Shown piece after piece: positions 18,997 through 28,184 of a stretch of 64,000 nt of DNA. Made by a program: the position numbers and the translations under genes. This DNA comes from Patescibacteria group bacterium. Its GTDB lineage: Bacteria; Patescibacteriota; WWE3; UBA101185; UBA10185. The stretch spans positions 388,023 through 452,022 of the forward strand of contig JBMORU010000001.1 in assembly GCA_049322215.1 (NCBI GenBank), given 5' to 3'. Every line of letters starts with the position of its first letter. Positions within the stretch are counted from its first letter, which is position 1. The notes under the pieces were generated by a model, which saw nothing but the letters and a program-made list of their open reading frames with translations, was not told the origin of the DNA and searched no databases.

Positions 18997-19787
18997 GTTT
19001 AGAAAACGAGATTTTAAAAGCACAGCAGTCAAAAAAGTATTCTCACATTTCAGAAACAACCATTAAAAATATATTTGAAACTGAATTTCAAAATATAAAA
19101 AACGAAAAACGTGCGTTAGAAAGTGCAAAGAAAAAATTACACAGAGTGGTTGCCGAGTACTTAGGGGATCTTAATTATGATCAAGCTTTTTTAGAGTTGA
19201 AAACCGCTTATGAAACAAAAAAAGTGGAAGAAATCAAAAATGTGTGCATACAGCTTATGAACGCACATTTCACAACACGAGAGCGGTTACCTATTTTAGA
19301 AGATTTTTACAAAAAAATTTTCGAAACTACCGGAGAGGTTAATTCTATTTTAGACTTAGCCTGCGGAATTAATCCTCTTGCTTTGCCTTGGATGCCTCAG
19401 GTTAAACATTACCATGCTTACGATATAAATATACCTCGAGTTGATTTTATAAATAAGTTTTTAAACTTAAACGAACTGCCTGAAGATGCACAGGCTAAAG
19501 ATGTTTTAGCGAATATTCCATCTGAGCAAGGCGATGTGGCATTACTACTAAAAGAAATACACAGAATGTTTGAACGAAACAAGGCACTAACAATAAAGCT
19601 TTTAGAGGAAGTGCAAGTTAAATGGTTAGTAGTTTCTATACCTGTTTCTAATATGAGAAAAGAATGGGCAATGCCCAAAAAGTATGAAGCTGCCGTTTTA
19701 GCTGTAATTGAAGAGCACAAATGGCCTTATTTTGTTTTAGAATTTGATACAGAAAAGGTATTTTTGATTAATAAAGAAGTGTATTAA
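18993..19787 (+). CDS. 16S rRNA (guanine1405-N7)-methyltransferase homologue, FmrO/ArmA/Rmt family (aminoglycoside-resistance-type MTase)
   Basis: Blocks matching ArmA/Rmt as I recall them: QSKKYSHIS.., KKKLHRVVAEY, TTRERLPILEDFY, SAM motif ILDLACGINPLALPW, YHAYDIN. Length 264 aa. The ATG overlaps the tgt stop (ATGA). Confidence 0.7.
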   Translation: MSLENEILKAQQSKKYSHISETTIKNIFETEFQNIKNEKRALESAKKKLHRVVAEYLGDLNYDQAFLELKTAYETKKVEEIKNVCIQLMNAHFTTRERLPILEDFYKKIFETTGEVNSILDLACGINPLALPWMPQVKHYHAYDINIPRVDFINKFLNLNELPEDAQAKDVLANIPSEQGDVALLLKEIHRMFERNKALTIKLLEEVQVKWLVVSIPVSNMRKEWAMPKKYEAAVLAVIEEHKWPYFVLEFDTEKVFLINKEVY

Positions 19788-19869
19788 CAATGTCGTTAAC
19801 CTATAGTATAATTAGAGAGTATCACAATATAATTTAATCAGTTCACAATTCATAAGGAGTAGATAGATC

Positions 19870-20406
19870 ATGAATCAGCCAATGTATATGCGTATGGCCT
19901 ACATTTTGGACGAAAACGGCGATACCTGTGGGTTTGTTAAACATGCACACAGTAGCGCATCCATTTGCCGTTTGGATTTTTCCTGGGTAAACTCGATGAC
20001 GCAAGATTTGTACAAGGCTTTGGTTGCGGTATATGGAATCTACTATCATGACAATGAGGCTATGACTCAAGGTCATGTTGTAATCCCGCTTTTTGATGGG
20101 GAGATCCGCAACAAAAAAGGCTTTGTTATTTCCCAGGCAAATGCGATTCGACGTCGTTTAGAAGCATCTGCAATGGATGAAGTGGTTCGTCGTGCTATGA
20201 CTGCATTATGCTTTACAGAGGACAGAACTGCTGTTTTGACCTCTATCGGACGTTTGTTGCAGACTTTGCACAAAAACCCTGCAGCTTTCGCCCAGGCCAT
20301 AGAAGAAGTTGACAGTACTGTACCTGAAGATTTTGCCCTGCTCGTCGGCGCCCTTTCGTACCCTGATATGGCACATGTTGTTGGAGCAAAAATTACCTCC
20401 ATTTAG
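19870..20406 (+). CDS. hypothetical protein, G+C-anomalous
   Basis: AAGGAG SD with TATAGTATAAT upstream. Coding region visibly G+C-richer (GCC/CTG/CGT codons) than the flanks. No motif recognised. Confidence 0.5.
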   Translation: MNQPMYMRMAYILDENGDTCGFVKHAHSSASICRLDFSWVNSMTQDLYKALVAVYGIYYHDNEAMTQGHVVIPLFDGEIRNKKGFVISQANAIRRRLEASAMDEVVRRAMTALCFTEDRTAVLTSIGRLLQTLHKNPAAFAQAIEEVDSTVPEDFALLVGALSYPDMAHVVGAKITSI

Positions 20407-20417
20407 TGCTCAATTGG

Positions 20418-20471
20418 TCCTTGATACTTGTTTGTCTAAAAAACTTTACAAGTATCTTGGGCCTTTTTTTT
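20418..20471 (+). terminator. rho-independent terminator between convergent genes (stem GATACTTGT / ACAAGTATC, then T9)
   Basis: Seen directly. Confidence 0.55.
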
Positions 20472-20473
20472 TC

Positions 20474-21406
20474 CTATAAATTCTCGAGTATTGTTTTGGC
20501 TTGTTTCTTGCGGTTTGTTAGTATTCCGTCAGGATCTGGTGTATTTATAACCGCACTGGCGTAAACTTCTGCAAGCAAGGGTTTGTTGCTTTTTGCATAA
20601 ACTGCTGCAAAGCCTAGCATTACTCCGCTATTCCAGACTCTAAGTTTTAAATTACCTTGATCTTTATTGCTCATTTCTTCTTCGTAACCAGCAAATAAAG
20701 CTTGTTGTGCTTCTTGCAACGTCTTTAATGCTTTTTCGTATTCCTTAAGCAAAATCAAAGATTTAGCTTTGTTTCCTAATGGCCATGCTTTATGCGCCTT
20801 TGATCCTGGGAAATTTTTTAACGCGTCATCAAAAAGTTTAATAGATTCTTTAAGTTTGTTTTGTTCTTCAGTACCTTTAAATAGCAGTGCCTCGTCAGCA
20901 ATTAAACTTCCCAAATGCACTTTTTGTATTGCTAACGTTCCTGGCTTTATACTTTTGTCTTTTTTACCTAGTTCAAGAGCTTCTTGTGTAGCTTCCTGTG
21001 CTTGATTCATGTGTTCTTTCTTTTTTTGTGCATTGTTAGTTTTTTCTGCCATAGAAACTAGTGTAATTTTTATATGTCCTAAGACATCCATTACATCTTT
21101 TGTTTCGTTTTTAGCTTTTTCCCATTTGTATACTTGTTCAAACATTTCTAGTGCTAATGAGTGCTTTCCTGACTCACGCAATTCAACTGCGGCTTTTTTA
21201 TACTCATCTTTAGCTTTTTTCCCTGACTTTAGGTCTAGTGTTTTGTTTAAACCTTTATTCTTTAAATCGTTAATAATATAACGAGCTCTCTGTGGCGAAA
21301 TGTTATATTTCAAAGCTAGCTTATTAAAAGAAATATCGGTATTGATGTATTCTTCATACATTTTTTTATTTCTTTCTACTTTATAGTCACTTCTAAAGTT
21401 TTCCAT
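20474..21406 (-). CDS. HTH domain plus TPR-like repeat protein, hypothetical regulator
   Basis: N-terminal HTH (ISFNKLALKYNISPQRARYIINDLK). Helical repeat remainder. Confidence 0.45.
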   Translation of the reverse strand: MENFRSDYKVERNKKMYEEYINTDISFNKLALKYNISPQRARYIINDLKNKGLNKTLDLKSGKKAKDEYKKAAVELRESGKHSLALEMFEQVYKWEKAKNETKDVMDVLGHIKITLVSMAEKTNNAQKKKEHMNQAQEATQEALELGKKDKSIKPGTLAIQKVHLGSLIADEALLFKGTEEQNKLKESIKLFDDALKNFPGSKAHKAWPLGNKAKSLILLKEYEKALKTLQEAQQALFAGYEEEMSNKDQGNLKLRVWNSGVMLGFAAVYAKSNKPLLAEVYASAVINTPDPDGILTNRKKQAKTILENL

Positions 21407-21497
21407 GGTTATTCCTATAAATTAATAGATGTCAGCAGTTTATGTTAATACTTATTAGCTGTCAACTACAGATAATTTATTTGCTTACTGCTAACCT

Positions 21498-21526
21498 TTG
21501 ACAATTTTTTACTGTAACCGTAGACT
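21498..21526 (+). promoter_or_regulatory. sigma70-like promoter TTGACA-17-TAGACT with the -10 ending 7 nt before the ATG (leaderless-type)
   Basis: TTGACAattttttactgtaaccgTAGACTaaaatcaATG. Confidence 0.45.
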
Positions 21527-21533
21527 AAAATCA

Positions 21534-23696
21534 ATGTTGCCTGCTGCCTCTGAGAATTTGAATAAACTTTTCAGCCCAAAGTCTATTGCTGTAATAGGTG
21601 CTTCTCGTAACAAAAGGAAACTTGGCTATATAACAGTAAGAAATATAATTGATGCGGGCTTTGAAGGTACCGTTTATCCTGTAAATCCTAAGGCGGATAA
21701 AATCTTAAATTTGCCATGCTATAAATCTGTTAAAGATTTACCTGAAATTCCTGATCTGGCAGTAATTTCTCTTCCAGCTGAGTTAGTTTTAGAAACTCTT
21801 AAAGAGCTCAATGAAAAAAAAGCTAAAAATGTGGTTGTTTATTCTGCCGGTTTCAAAGAAGTAGGTAGTGATGGAAGCAAGCTAGAAAAAGAGGTTATTA
21901 GGTTTGCAAAAAATAATTCCATAAACTTACTAGGCCCCAATTGTTTAGGTTTTGCAAATACTATAGATAAGATCAACGTTACATTTGGTAAAGTAGTTAA
22001 AACTCCGGGAAACTTAAAACTAATTTCTCAATCTGGTGCAATTGCTGCAAGCTTGTTTGACTGGTTTGAGCATGCTGGTATTGGCTTTAGTGATTTTGTA
22101 ACCTTAGGAAACAAGGCAACCATAAATGAAAATACAATTTTAAGTTACTGGTTAGATTATAAGCATGTGGACAAACATCTTGATAATTCGGTAATTTTTT
22201 CAAAATATCAGCCTATTGGCTTATATTTAGAGTCTATAGTTGATGGTCAAAAATTTTTAGATCTAGCTAGTCAAATAACTCCATATAATCCCATGTTTAT
22301 TTTAAAGCCTGGAAAATCTGCGTCAGCAAAAAAAGCTATGCAATCTCACACAGGGGCAATTGCGGGCGAAGATACTGTTTTAAATGTGGCTCTAGAGCAT
22401 GCAGGTATTATTCGTTGTTTTGGTATGGAGGACATGTTTGATTTAGCGCGCTCTTTCGCCTGGATGGAAGCACCTTCAGGATCAAACGTTGCTATAGTTT
22501 CTAATGCAGGAGGTCCTGCAGTAATAAGTGCAGATTTGGTTTCAGAGGCGGGACTAAATTTAATTCAATTAAGTGAAGAAACTAAAAAAACGTTAGAAAC
22601 GCACTTGCCCCGCGCAGCAAGTTTGCTTAATCCTGTAGATGTTTTAGGGGATGCCCTGGCCGATAGGTACAAGTATGCCCTGGAGGCGGTGTTAAGTGAA
22701 AATGATGTTAATGCTGTAATTGTACTACTCACACCACAGATTATGACTGAAATACAGGAAACTGCGGAGGTAATTGGGGACTTAGCAGGAAAATACCAAA
22801 AACCCATATTATGTGCTTTTATTGGTGGAACTGATGTACAAAAGGGAATAGAGGTGCTGAATACGTTTAGAATTCCTTCTTTTCATTTTCCTGAGCGCGC
22901 TGTACGTACCTTAGCCAAAATGTGGTGGTGGCAAAATTGGACAAACACGCATGCTGAAGACGTGGGAAGTTTTATAAAACCCCAGCCAAATGAGTATGTG
23001 TCAAAAGCTACAGAAAGTGTTTTAACAAAGGCGATTGAAAGAAACAGAAAAGTATTAAATAGCTTTGAGGCAAATGACATTTTAAATATTGTTGATATAA
23101 ACACTCCCCCTACGCGCGAAGTGAAAACTTTAGAAGACGCTAAGGATTTTGTAAGTGCTGAAGGGTATCCTGTTGTTTTAAAGCTATCGTCCCCCTTAAT
23201 TTTGCATAAAAAAGACATAGGTGGAGTAATAACTAACATAAATGATGAAAATGCTTTGGTAGAAAATTTTAGTGCAATAAATTCTACTTTAAATTCTTTA
23301 GCTAAAGAGTTTAAGCAAAACACGAGAGTACAAATTCAAAAACAAGTAGCTGCGGGTATAGAAGTAATTGCAGGAATTAAAAAAGATTCTAGCTTTGGCC
23401 ATGTTTTAATGTTTGGTGCTGGAGGTACTCTTGCCGAACTAATTGAAGATAGAAACTTATGCTTAATTCCGGTTTCAAATGTTGCTGCTCAACGTTTAGT
23501 AGCGCAGTCTAAAATTGGAAAAATGTTAGAAGGTTATAGAGGTGATAAACCATACAATTTAGAGGGGCTTTATTCACTTTTAGAAAAATTATCTAACTTA
23601 GCTGTGTCTGTTCCTGATTTGCAGGAATTTGAAATTAATCCCATTATTATTACTCATGAAAACATTTGGGCTGTAGATGGAAAGGGTGTTCTTTGA
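21534..23696 (+). CDS. acetyl-CoA synthetase (ADP-forming), fused alpha/beta (NDP-forming acyl-CoA synthetase)
   Basis: CoA-binding N-terminus SIAVIGASRNKRKLGYIT, a succinyl-CoA-synthetase-like domain, and a C-terminal ATP-grasp domain. The ORF track starts at TTG 21498. ATG 21534 is preferred. Confidence 0.75.
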   Translation: MLPAASENLNKLFSPKSIAVIGASRNKRKLGYITVRNIIDAGFEGTVYPVNPKADKILNLPCYKSVKDLPEIPDLAVISLPAELVLETLKELNEKKAKNVVVYSAGFKEVGSDGSKLEKEVIRFAKNNSINLLGPNCLGFANTIDKINVTFGKVVKTPGNLKLISQSGAIAASLFDWFEHAGIGFSDFVTLGNKATINENTILSYWLDYKHVDKHLDNSVIFSKYQPIGLYLESIVDGQKFLDLASQITPYNPMFILKPGKSASAKKAMQSHTGAIAGEDTVLNVALEHAGIIRCFGMEDMFDLARSFAWMEAPSGSNVAIVSNAGGPAVISADLVSEAGLNLIQLSEETKKTLETHLPRAASLLNPVDVLGDALADRYKYALEAVLSENDVNAVIVLLTPQIMTEIQETAEVIGDLAGKYQKPILCAFIGGTDVQKGIEVLNTFRIPSFHFPERAVRTLAKMWWWQNWTNTHAEDVGSFIKPQPNEYVSKATESVLTKAIERNRKVLNSFEANDILNIVDINTPPTREVKTLEDAKDFVSAEGYPVVLKLSSPLILHKKDIGGVITNINDENALVENFSAINSTLNSLAKEFKQNTRVQIQKQVAAGIEVIAGIKKDSSFGHVLMFGAGGTLAELIEDRNLCLIPVSNVAAQRLVAQSKIGKMLEGYRGDKPYNLEGLYSLLEKLSNLAVSVPDLQEFEINPIIITHENIWAVDGKGVL

Positions 23697-24910
23697 ACAC
23701 AAAGAAAGTAATCATTGTAGGTGGTGGCTTTGGCGGAATTAAGTGTGCTTTAGATTTATCTTCTAAACATTTGTCTAATACTAAAATAATATTAATAAGC
23801 GACAAAAGCCACTTTGAATATCATGCCGCACTATATAGAGTAGTCGCAGGAAGTTCTCCATTAGAAGTTTGTATTCCCCTAAACGACATATTTAAGGGTA
23901 AAAATGTAGAAGTTATTACAGATAAAGTTTTGAGCATAGATTTAGAAAAAAATACTATGTGTGGCCAATCGGATTGCACATATTCTTATGATTATTTAGT
24001 TTTAGCTTTAGGTAGCGAGACTGCTTATTTTGATATCCCAGGACTGCAAGAAAACTCATTTGGAATGAAATCTATTAATGAAGCGCTACGTTTGAATAAG
24101 CATTTACATAATGTGTTTTCAGAATGCGCTTTAAATATAGAAACGGGAGACACTGAGTGTGCGACACACATTGTAGTTGTAGGTGGGGGCGCTACAGGCA
24201 CCGAGTTAGCGGCAGAACTTGCTATTTACACAAGAGAATTAGCTCAAAAGCATGGTTTAGACCCAAGATTAGTTACTATTGATTTAATTGAACTATCTTC
24301 TCATTTGGTGTCTTTATTGCCTGAAGACGCTTCGTTAAAAATTGAAGAACGTATGAGGTCGCTAGGGGTAAATATATTTCTTAACCGCGGTGTAGTAAAA
24401 GAAGAAGTAGAAAAAGTTTATTTAAAAGATATTGAAATGCGTTCTAAAACGGTTATATGGACAGCCGGAACCCGTGCTAACCGATTGTACAAGGATGTTG
24501 GTTTAGAGGTAAATAAAAAGGGGCAGGTTTCTGTAACAAATCATTTACAAGCTGTAGGGCATAATAATGTATTTGTTATTGGAGACGGCGCTGCTACAAA
24601 TTACTCTGGTATGGCACAAACAGCCTTGTTTGATGGCGAATACGTTGCTGATGTCATATATGCGTTGTTTCAGCAAAAAGAGCCAAAAGAGTATTCTGCG
24701 CCCCCTCCGTTTTATTCTATACCCGTAGGTCGTGACTGGGCAGCTTATGTAAACGGCAGTAAACGTTATTACGGTAAAGTTGGTTGGTGGTTACGTAGGT
24801 GGGTGGATTTTCATGTATTTAGCACTATTCTTCCATTTGAAAAGGCTGTAGTAGCATTTCAAGATGGTAGAACAATTAGTGAAACGTGTGATATATGCAG
24901 TAAAAACTAA
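23693..24910 (+). CDS. FAD/NAD(P)-binding oxidoreductase, type II NADH dehydrogenase-like
   Basis: Two Rossmann GxGxxG motifs (VIIVGGGFGG and VVVGGGATGTELAAE). TTG start overlapping the upstream stop, preceded by AAAGGG. The ORF track starts at 23666. Confidence 0.6.
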   Translation: MNTKKVIIVGGGFGGIKCALDLSSKHLSNTKIILISDKSHFEYHAALYRVVAGSSPLEVCIPLNDIFKGKNVEVITDKVLSIDLEKNTMCGQSDCTYSYDYLVLALGSETAYFDIPGLQENSFGMKSINEALRLNKHLHNVFSECALNIETGDTECATHIVVVGGGATGTELAAELAIYTRELAQKHGLDPRLVTIDLIELSSHLVSLLPEDASLKIEERMRSLGVNIFLNRGVVKEEVEKVYLKDIEMRSKTVIWTAGTRANRLYKDVGLEVNKKGQVSVTNHLQAVGHNNVFVIGDGAATNYSGMAQTALFDGEYVADVIYALFQQKEPKEYSAPPPFYSIPVGRDWAAYVNGSKRYYGKVGWWLRRWVDFHVFSTILPFEKAVVAFQDGRTISETCDICSKN

Positions 24911-24964
24911 GTGTTTTGGTTGTCATTACTTTTTTTTGTTTAATATTTCCTTTACAATAAATTA

Positions 24965-26683
24965 ATGTTAACTGCCTCAAAAAACCCCTTTACAATAAAA
25001 ATAGGAGGCGAAGCCGGTTTTGGTGTTATGTCTGCCGGATTGGTTATTTCGAAAGTTGCAACACGTTCTGGATATTATACTTTTGACTATACAGAATACC
25101 CGTCTTTAATTCGTGGTGGTCATAATGTTATGCAGGTTTCTATATCTGCCGAGCCTGTATCCTCTCAGTTTTACTCTACCGAATTTTTAATAGCCTTAAA
25201 TCAAGAAACAATAAATTTACATAAACATGAACTTCACGAAAGTTCTATAGTTTTGTATGATCCTGAAAATAAAATCGAATGCAGTGATTTACCAGACTCT
25301 GTAATTAAAGTAGAGGTTCCTTTACTACAGATTGTGCGTGATGTAGAAGGAACTTTTGTTATGCGCAACACTATTGCAGTAGGAGCAGCTCTTGCCTTAC
25401 TAGGCGGTAACAAACAACATTTACTTGATTTAGTAGAAGAGCAATTTGGGCATAAAAACGAAGCTATTCTTCAAAAAAACCTATTAGCCTGCGAAAAAGC
25501 ATTTAAATACATTGAGACTAATTATGCAGACAAAATTCATGAGATCTTAAAGCAAAAAAGCAAAGTAACTAAGCAAATTGTAGTTACAGGCAATGAAGCA
25601 ATAGGCTTAGGAGCTATTGCAGGTGGAATGACCTTTGCTGCAATTTATCCTATGACACCAACTTCTAATATTTTACATACAATTGCGCCTTACCAAGAAA
25701 AGTACGGCTATATTTATAAACAGCCTGAAGATGAATTATCTGCAGTAAATATGGCAATAGGTGCGAGTTTGGGAGGTGCACGCGCCATGGTTGCTACCTC
25801 TGGGGGCGGTTTTTGTTTAATGGCCGAAGGATATGGCTTAGCGGGCTTAACCGAGACTCCTTTAGTAATTATTGAGGGTATGCGTGGGGCACCTGCAACA
25901 GGGCTTCCAACTTGGACTGAGCAAGGAGACCTTAGATTTGTTTTGCATGCCCATCAAGGGGATTTCCCTAGAATAGTTTTAGCTGCTGGGGATGTGGAAG
26001 AATGTTTTAATTTATCTATGCAAGCCTTTAATTTAGCAGACAGGTATCAAACTCCGGTTGTTCTTTTAGTAGATAAACATGTTTTAGAAAGCCATCAAAG
26101 TGTTGAACCTTTTGACAGTTCGCATTTTGAAGTTGATCGCGGGCGCTTTACTACTAAGGAAGAAAACGATTATGCGCGTTATCGAGACGCTGAAGATGGT
26201 ATTTCTTTAAGAACAGTGCCAGGGGTGGGGAATCATTTTGTTGCAAATTCCGATGAACATGATCAGTTTGGTTATTCTAATGAAGAAATTGACAATAGAA
26301 ACACTCAAATGAGAAAGCGCATGAAAAAGCTTGAAACCTGTGCTCAAAAAGATATGAAACCCCCCACTTTGTTTGGTCCTGAAGACGCTGAAGTAACCAT
26401 AGTATCTTGGGGAAGTAACAAAGGTGCAATATTAGAAGCATTAAAGTATCTGCCTAATACTAACTTTTTGCATATAACATGGCTAAATCCTTTTCCTACT
26501 GAGGAAATAAAACAAGTTTTGCTAAATGCAAAATATTTAATCAATATAGAATGTAACTATTCAGCTCAATTAAGAGGGTTAATTGCAGAAAAAACTGGTG
26601 TGACCATTTTAGACATTTTTCTAAAATATGACGGTAGACCTTTTTATCCGCATGAAATTATAGAAAAGGTTAAAAGTATATGA
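24965..26683 (+). CDS. 2-oxoacid:ferredoxin oxidoreductase, fused gamma-alpha subunit
   Basis: Gamma-like N-terminus (IKIGGEAGFGVMSAG), alpha core VVTGNEAIGLGAIAGGMTFAAIYPMTPTS. Leaderless-type -10 TACAAT 6 nt before the ATG. Confidence 0.75.
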   Translation: MLTASKNPFTIKIGGEAGFGVMSAGLVISKVATRSGYYTFDYTEYPSLIRGGHNVMQVSISAEPVSSQFYSTEFLIALNQETINLHKHELHESSIVLYDPENKIECSDLPDSVIKVEVPLLQIVRDVEGTFVMRNTIAVGAALALLGGNKQHLLDLVEEQFGHKNEAILQKNLLACEKAFKYIETNYADKIHEILKQKSKVTKQIVVTGNEAIGLGAIAGGMTFAAIYPMTPTSNILHTIAPYQEKYGYIYKQPEDELSAVNMAIGASLGGARAMVATSGGGFCLMAEGYGLAGLTETPLVIIEGMRGAPATGLPTWTEQGDLRFVLHAHQGDFPRIVLAAGDVEECFNLSMQAFNLADRYQTPVVLLVDKHVLESHQSVEPFDSSHFEVDRGRFTTKEENDYARYRDAEDGISLRTVPGVGNHFVANSDEHDQFGYSNEEIDNRNTQMRKRMKKLETCAQKDMKPPTLFGPEDAEVTIVSWGSNKGAILEALKYLPNTNFLHITWLNPFPTEEIKQVLLNAKYLINIECNYSAQLRGLIAEKTGVTILDIFLKYDGRPFYPHEIIEKVKSI

Positions 26684-27546
26684 ATAACGAGGAAAATAAA
26701 AAAAACTTAAAAACACCTAACAAGCCTAATTGGTGCCCGGGATGTGGCGATTTAGCTATTTGGACCGCTTTTAAAAATGCTGCAGCTGAAAAAGACTGGA
26801 ATAACCACAACACTGCCTTTGTAGCAGGTGTTGGATGCCATGGGCATATGGTTAATTTTGTACGTTTAACCGCTTTAGAAGGTTTACATGGTCGTGCTTT
26901 ACCTGTTGCAAGTGGACTGAAAATGGCAAATTCTGATTTAAATGTTTTTGTTTTTTCAGGTGATGGTGACGGTTTGGCCGAAGGGGGAAATCATTTTTTA
27001 CACACCGCACGTAGAAATCATGACTTAACTATGCTTTTACATGATAATGCCGTATATGGTTTAACAACCGGACAAACTTCTCCAAGGTCACCAAAAGGCT
27101 ATATTTCAAAGTCTACACCTGATGGCTCTTTTGAAGAGCCTTTGCACCCTTTAACTTTAGCTATTGCCGTTGGGGCTAGTTTTGTTGCACGTGCTTATTC
27201 GGGGGATATAGAATATTTAACCAAGCTAATCATTGAAGCAAATGAGCATAAAGGATTTGCTTTAATTGATATTCTTCAACCTTGTGTAACCTTTAACAAA
27301 ATGTATTCTCATATTTTTTATCAAAGAAACACCTACTATTTAGATGAAAATTACGATTTTACAAATAAAATGGCAGCTTTAGAAAAATCTATGGAATGGG
27401 AAGAAAACAGAATTCCCTTAGGAGTGTTTTACAAAGTAGATGCGCCATCTTACGAGTCACAAATTCCACAAATTAAAGATACTGCTTTAGTAAAGCAGAA
27501 TATGAGTAAAAGAGATATTTCGGAATTGCTTGAAAAGTTAAGTTAG
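26680..27546 (+). CDS. 2-oxoacid:ferredoxin oxidoreductase beta subunit (TPP-binding)
   Basis: CPGCGD and the GDGDG...N TPP motif. Start overlaps the upstream stop (ATGA). Confidence 0.75.
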   Translation: MNNEENKKNLKTPNKPNWCPGCGDLAIWTAFKNAAAEKDWNNHNTAFVAGVGCHGHMVNFVRLTALEGLHGRALPVASGLKMANSDLNVFVFSGDGDGLAEGGNHFLHTARRNHDLTMLLHDNAVYGLTTGQTSPRSPKGYISKSTPDGSFEEPLHPLTLAIAVGASFVARAYSGDIEYLTKLIIEANEHKGFALIDILQPCVTFNKMYSHIFYQRNTYYLDENYDFTNKMAALEKSMEWEENRIPLGVFYKVDAPSYESQIPQIKDTALVKQNMSKRDISELLEKLS

Positions 27547-28004
27547 TTAGAAATTTCTTCTGCTAAAACTGTAGCCCATGCTGCAGCTTTTGCTTCATTG
27601 TTTGTTTGGTCAAAATAATACCCATCAATTTTTAAAGATGGAACAATCTGTACGCAATTAGCCTTTTTAAAGAAATCTTCAAGAATATCTACAGCACCAC
27701 AAAAATGTAAGTAAGAAGTATCCCCACACCCAAAGAAGGCTACTTTTTTTTCGTTAAGCTTTACCTTTTTTAAGGAATCTAAGAATTCTGAAATTGTTTC
27801 ATGTGGTTGACCTTCTGCATCGTTTACCTTCCAGCTTGGAGATCCAACTAGAATTAAGTCGAAACTGTTTATATTTTGCACATTTACATCGACTGCTTTT
27901 AAGCATGTTATGTCAAAGTTAGCAGTCTTAAGTTCGTTTTCAATTATTTTGCTTGTGAGATAAGTGCTTCCTGAATTTGAAGCATAAACAATGAGCAGTT
28001 TCAT
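27543..28004 (-). CDS. flavodoxin
   Basis: LIVYASNSGST FMN-binding N-terminus. 153 aa. Confidence 0.7.
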   Translation of the reverse strand: MKLLIVYASNSGSTYLTSKIIENELKTANFDITCLKAVDVNVQNINSFDLILVGSPSWKVNDAEGQPHETISEFLDSLKKVKLNEKKVAFFGCGDTSYLHFCGAVDILEDFFKKANCVQIVPSLKIDGYYFDQTNNEAKAAAWATVLAEEISN

Positions 28005-28056
28005 ATATACAGTATAAAGGTAATAAGTTTATATTAAAACTTTTAAGTAGAAAAAG

Positions 28057-28092
28057 GGCTACCAAAAAATGAAAAACAATTTTTTGGTAGCC
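28057..28092 (-). terminator. 14-bp perfect hairpin (GGCTACCAAAAAAT / ATTTTTTGGTAGCC) downstream of the GC-rich ORF and followed on the minus strand by a T-rich run
   Basis: Seen directly. Confidence 0.5.
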
Positions 28093-28184
28093 TTGATGTT
28101 TCTAAAGCTTTCTATGTTGCTGTTGCTTGTGACGGCACGTTAGCTGCTTAAAAAAACTTTAAAAACACCACATAGCGACAGGTA

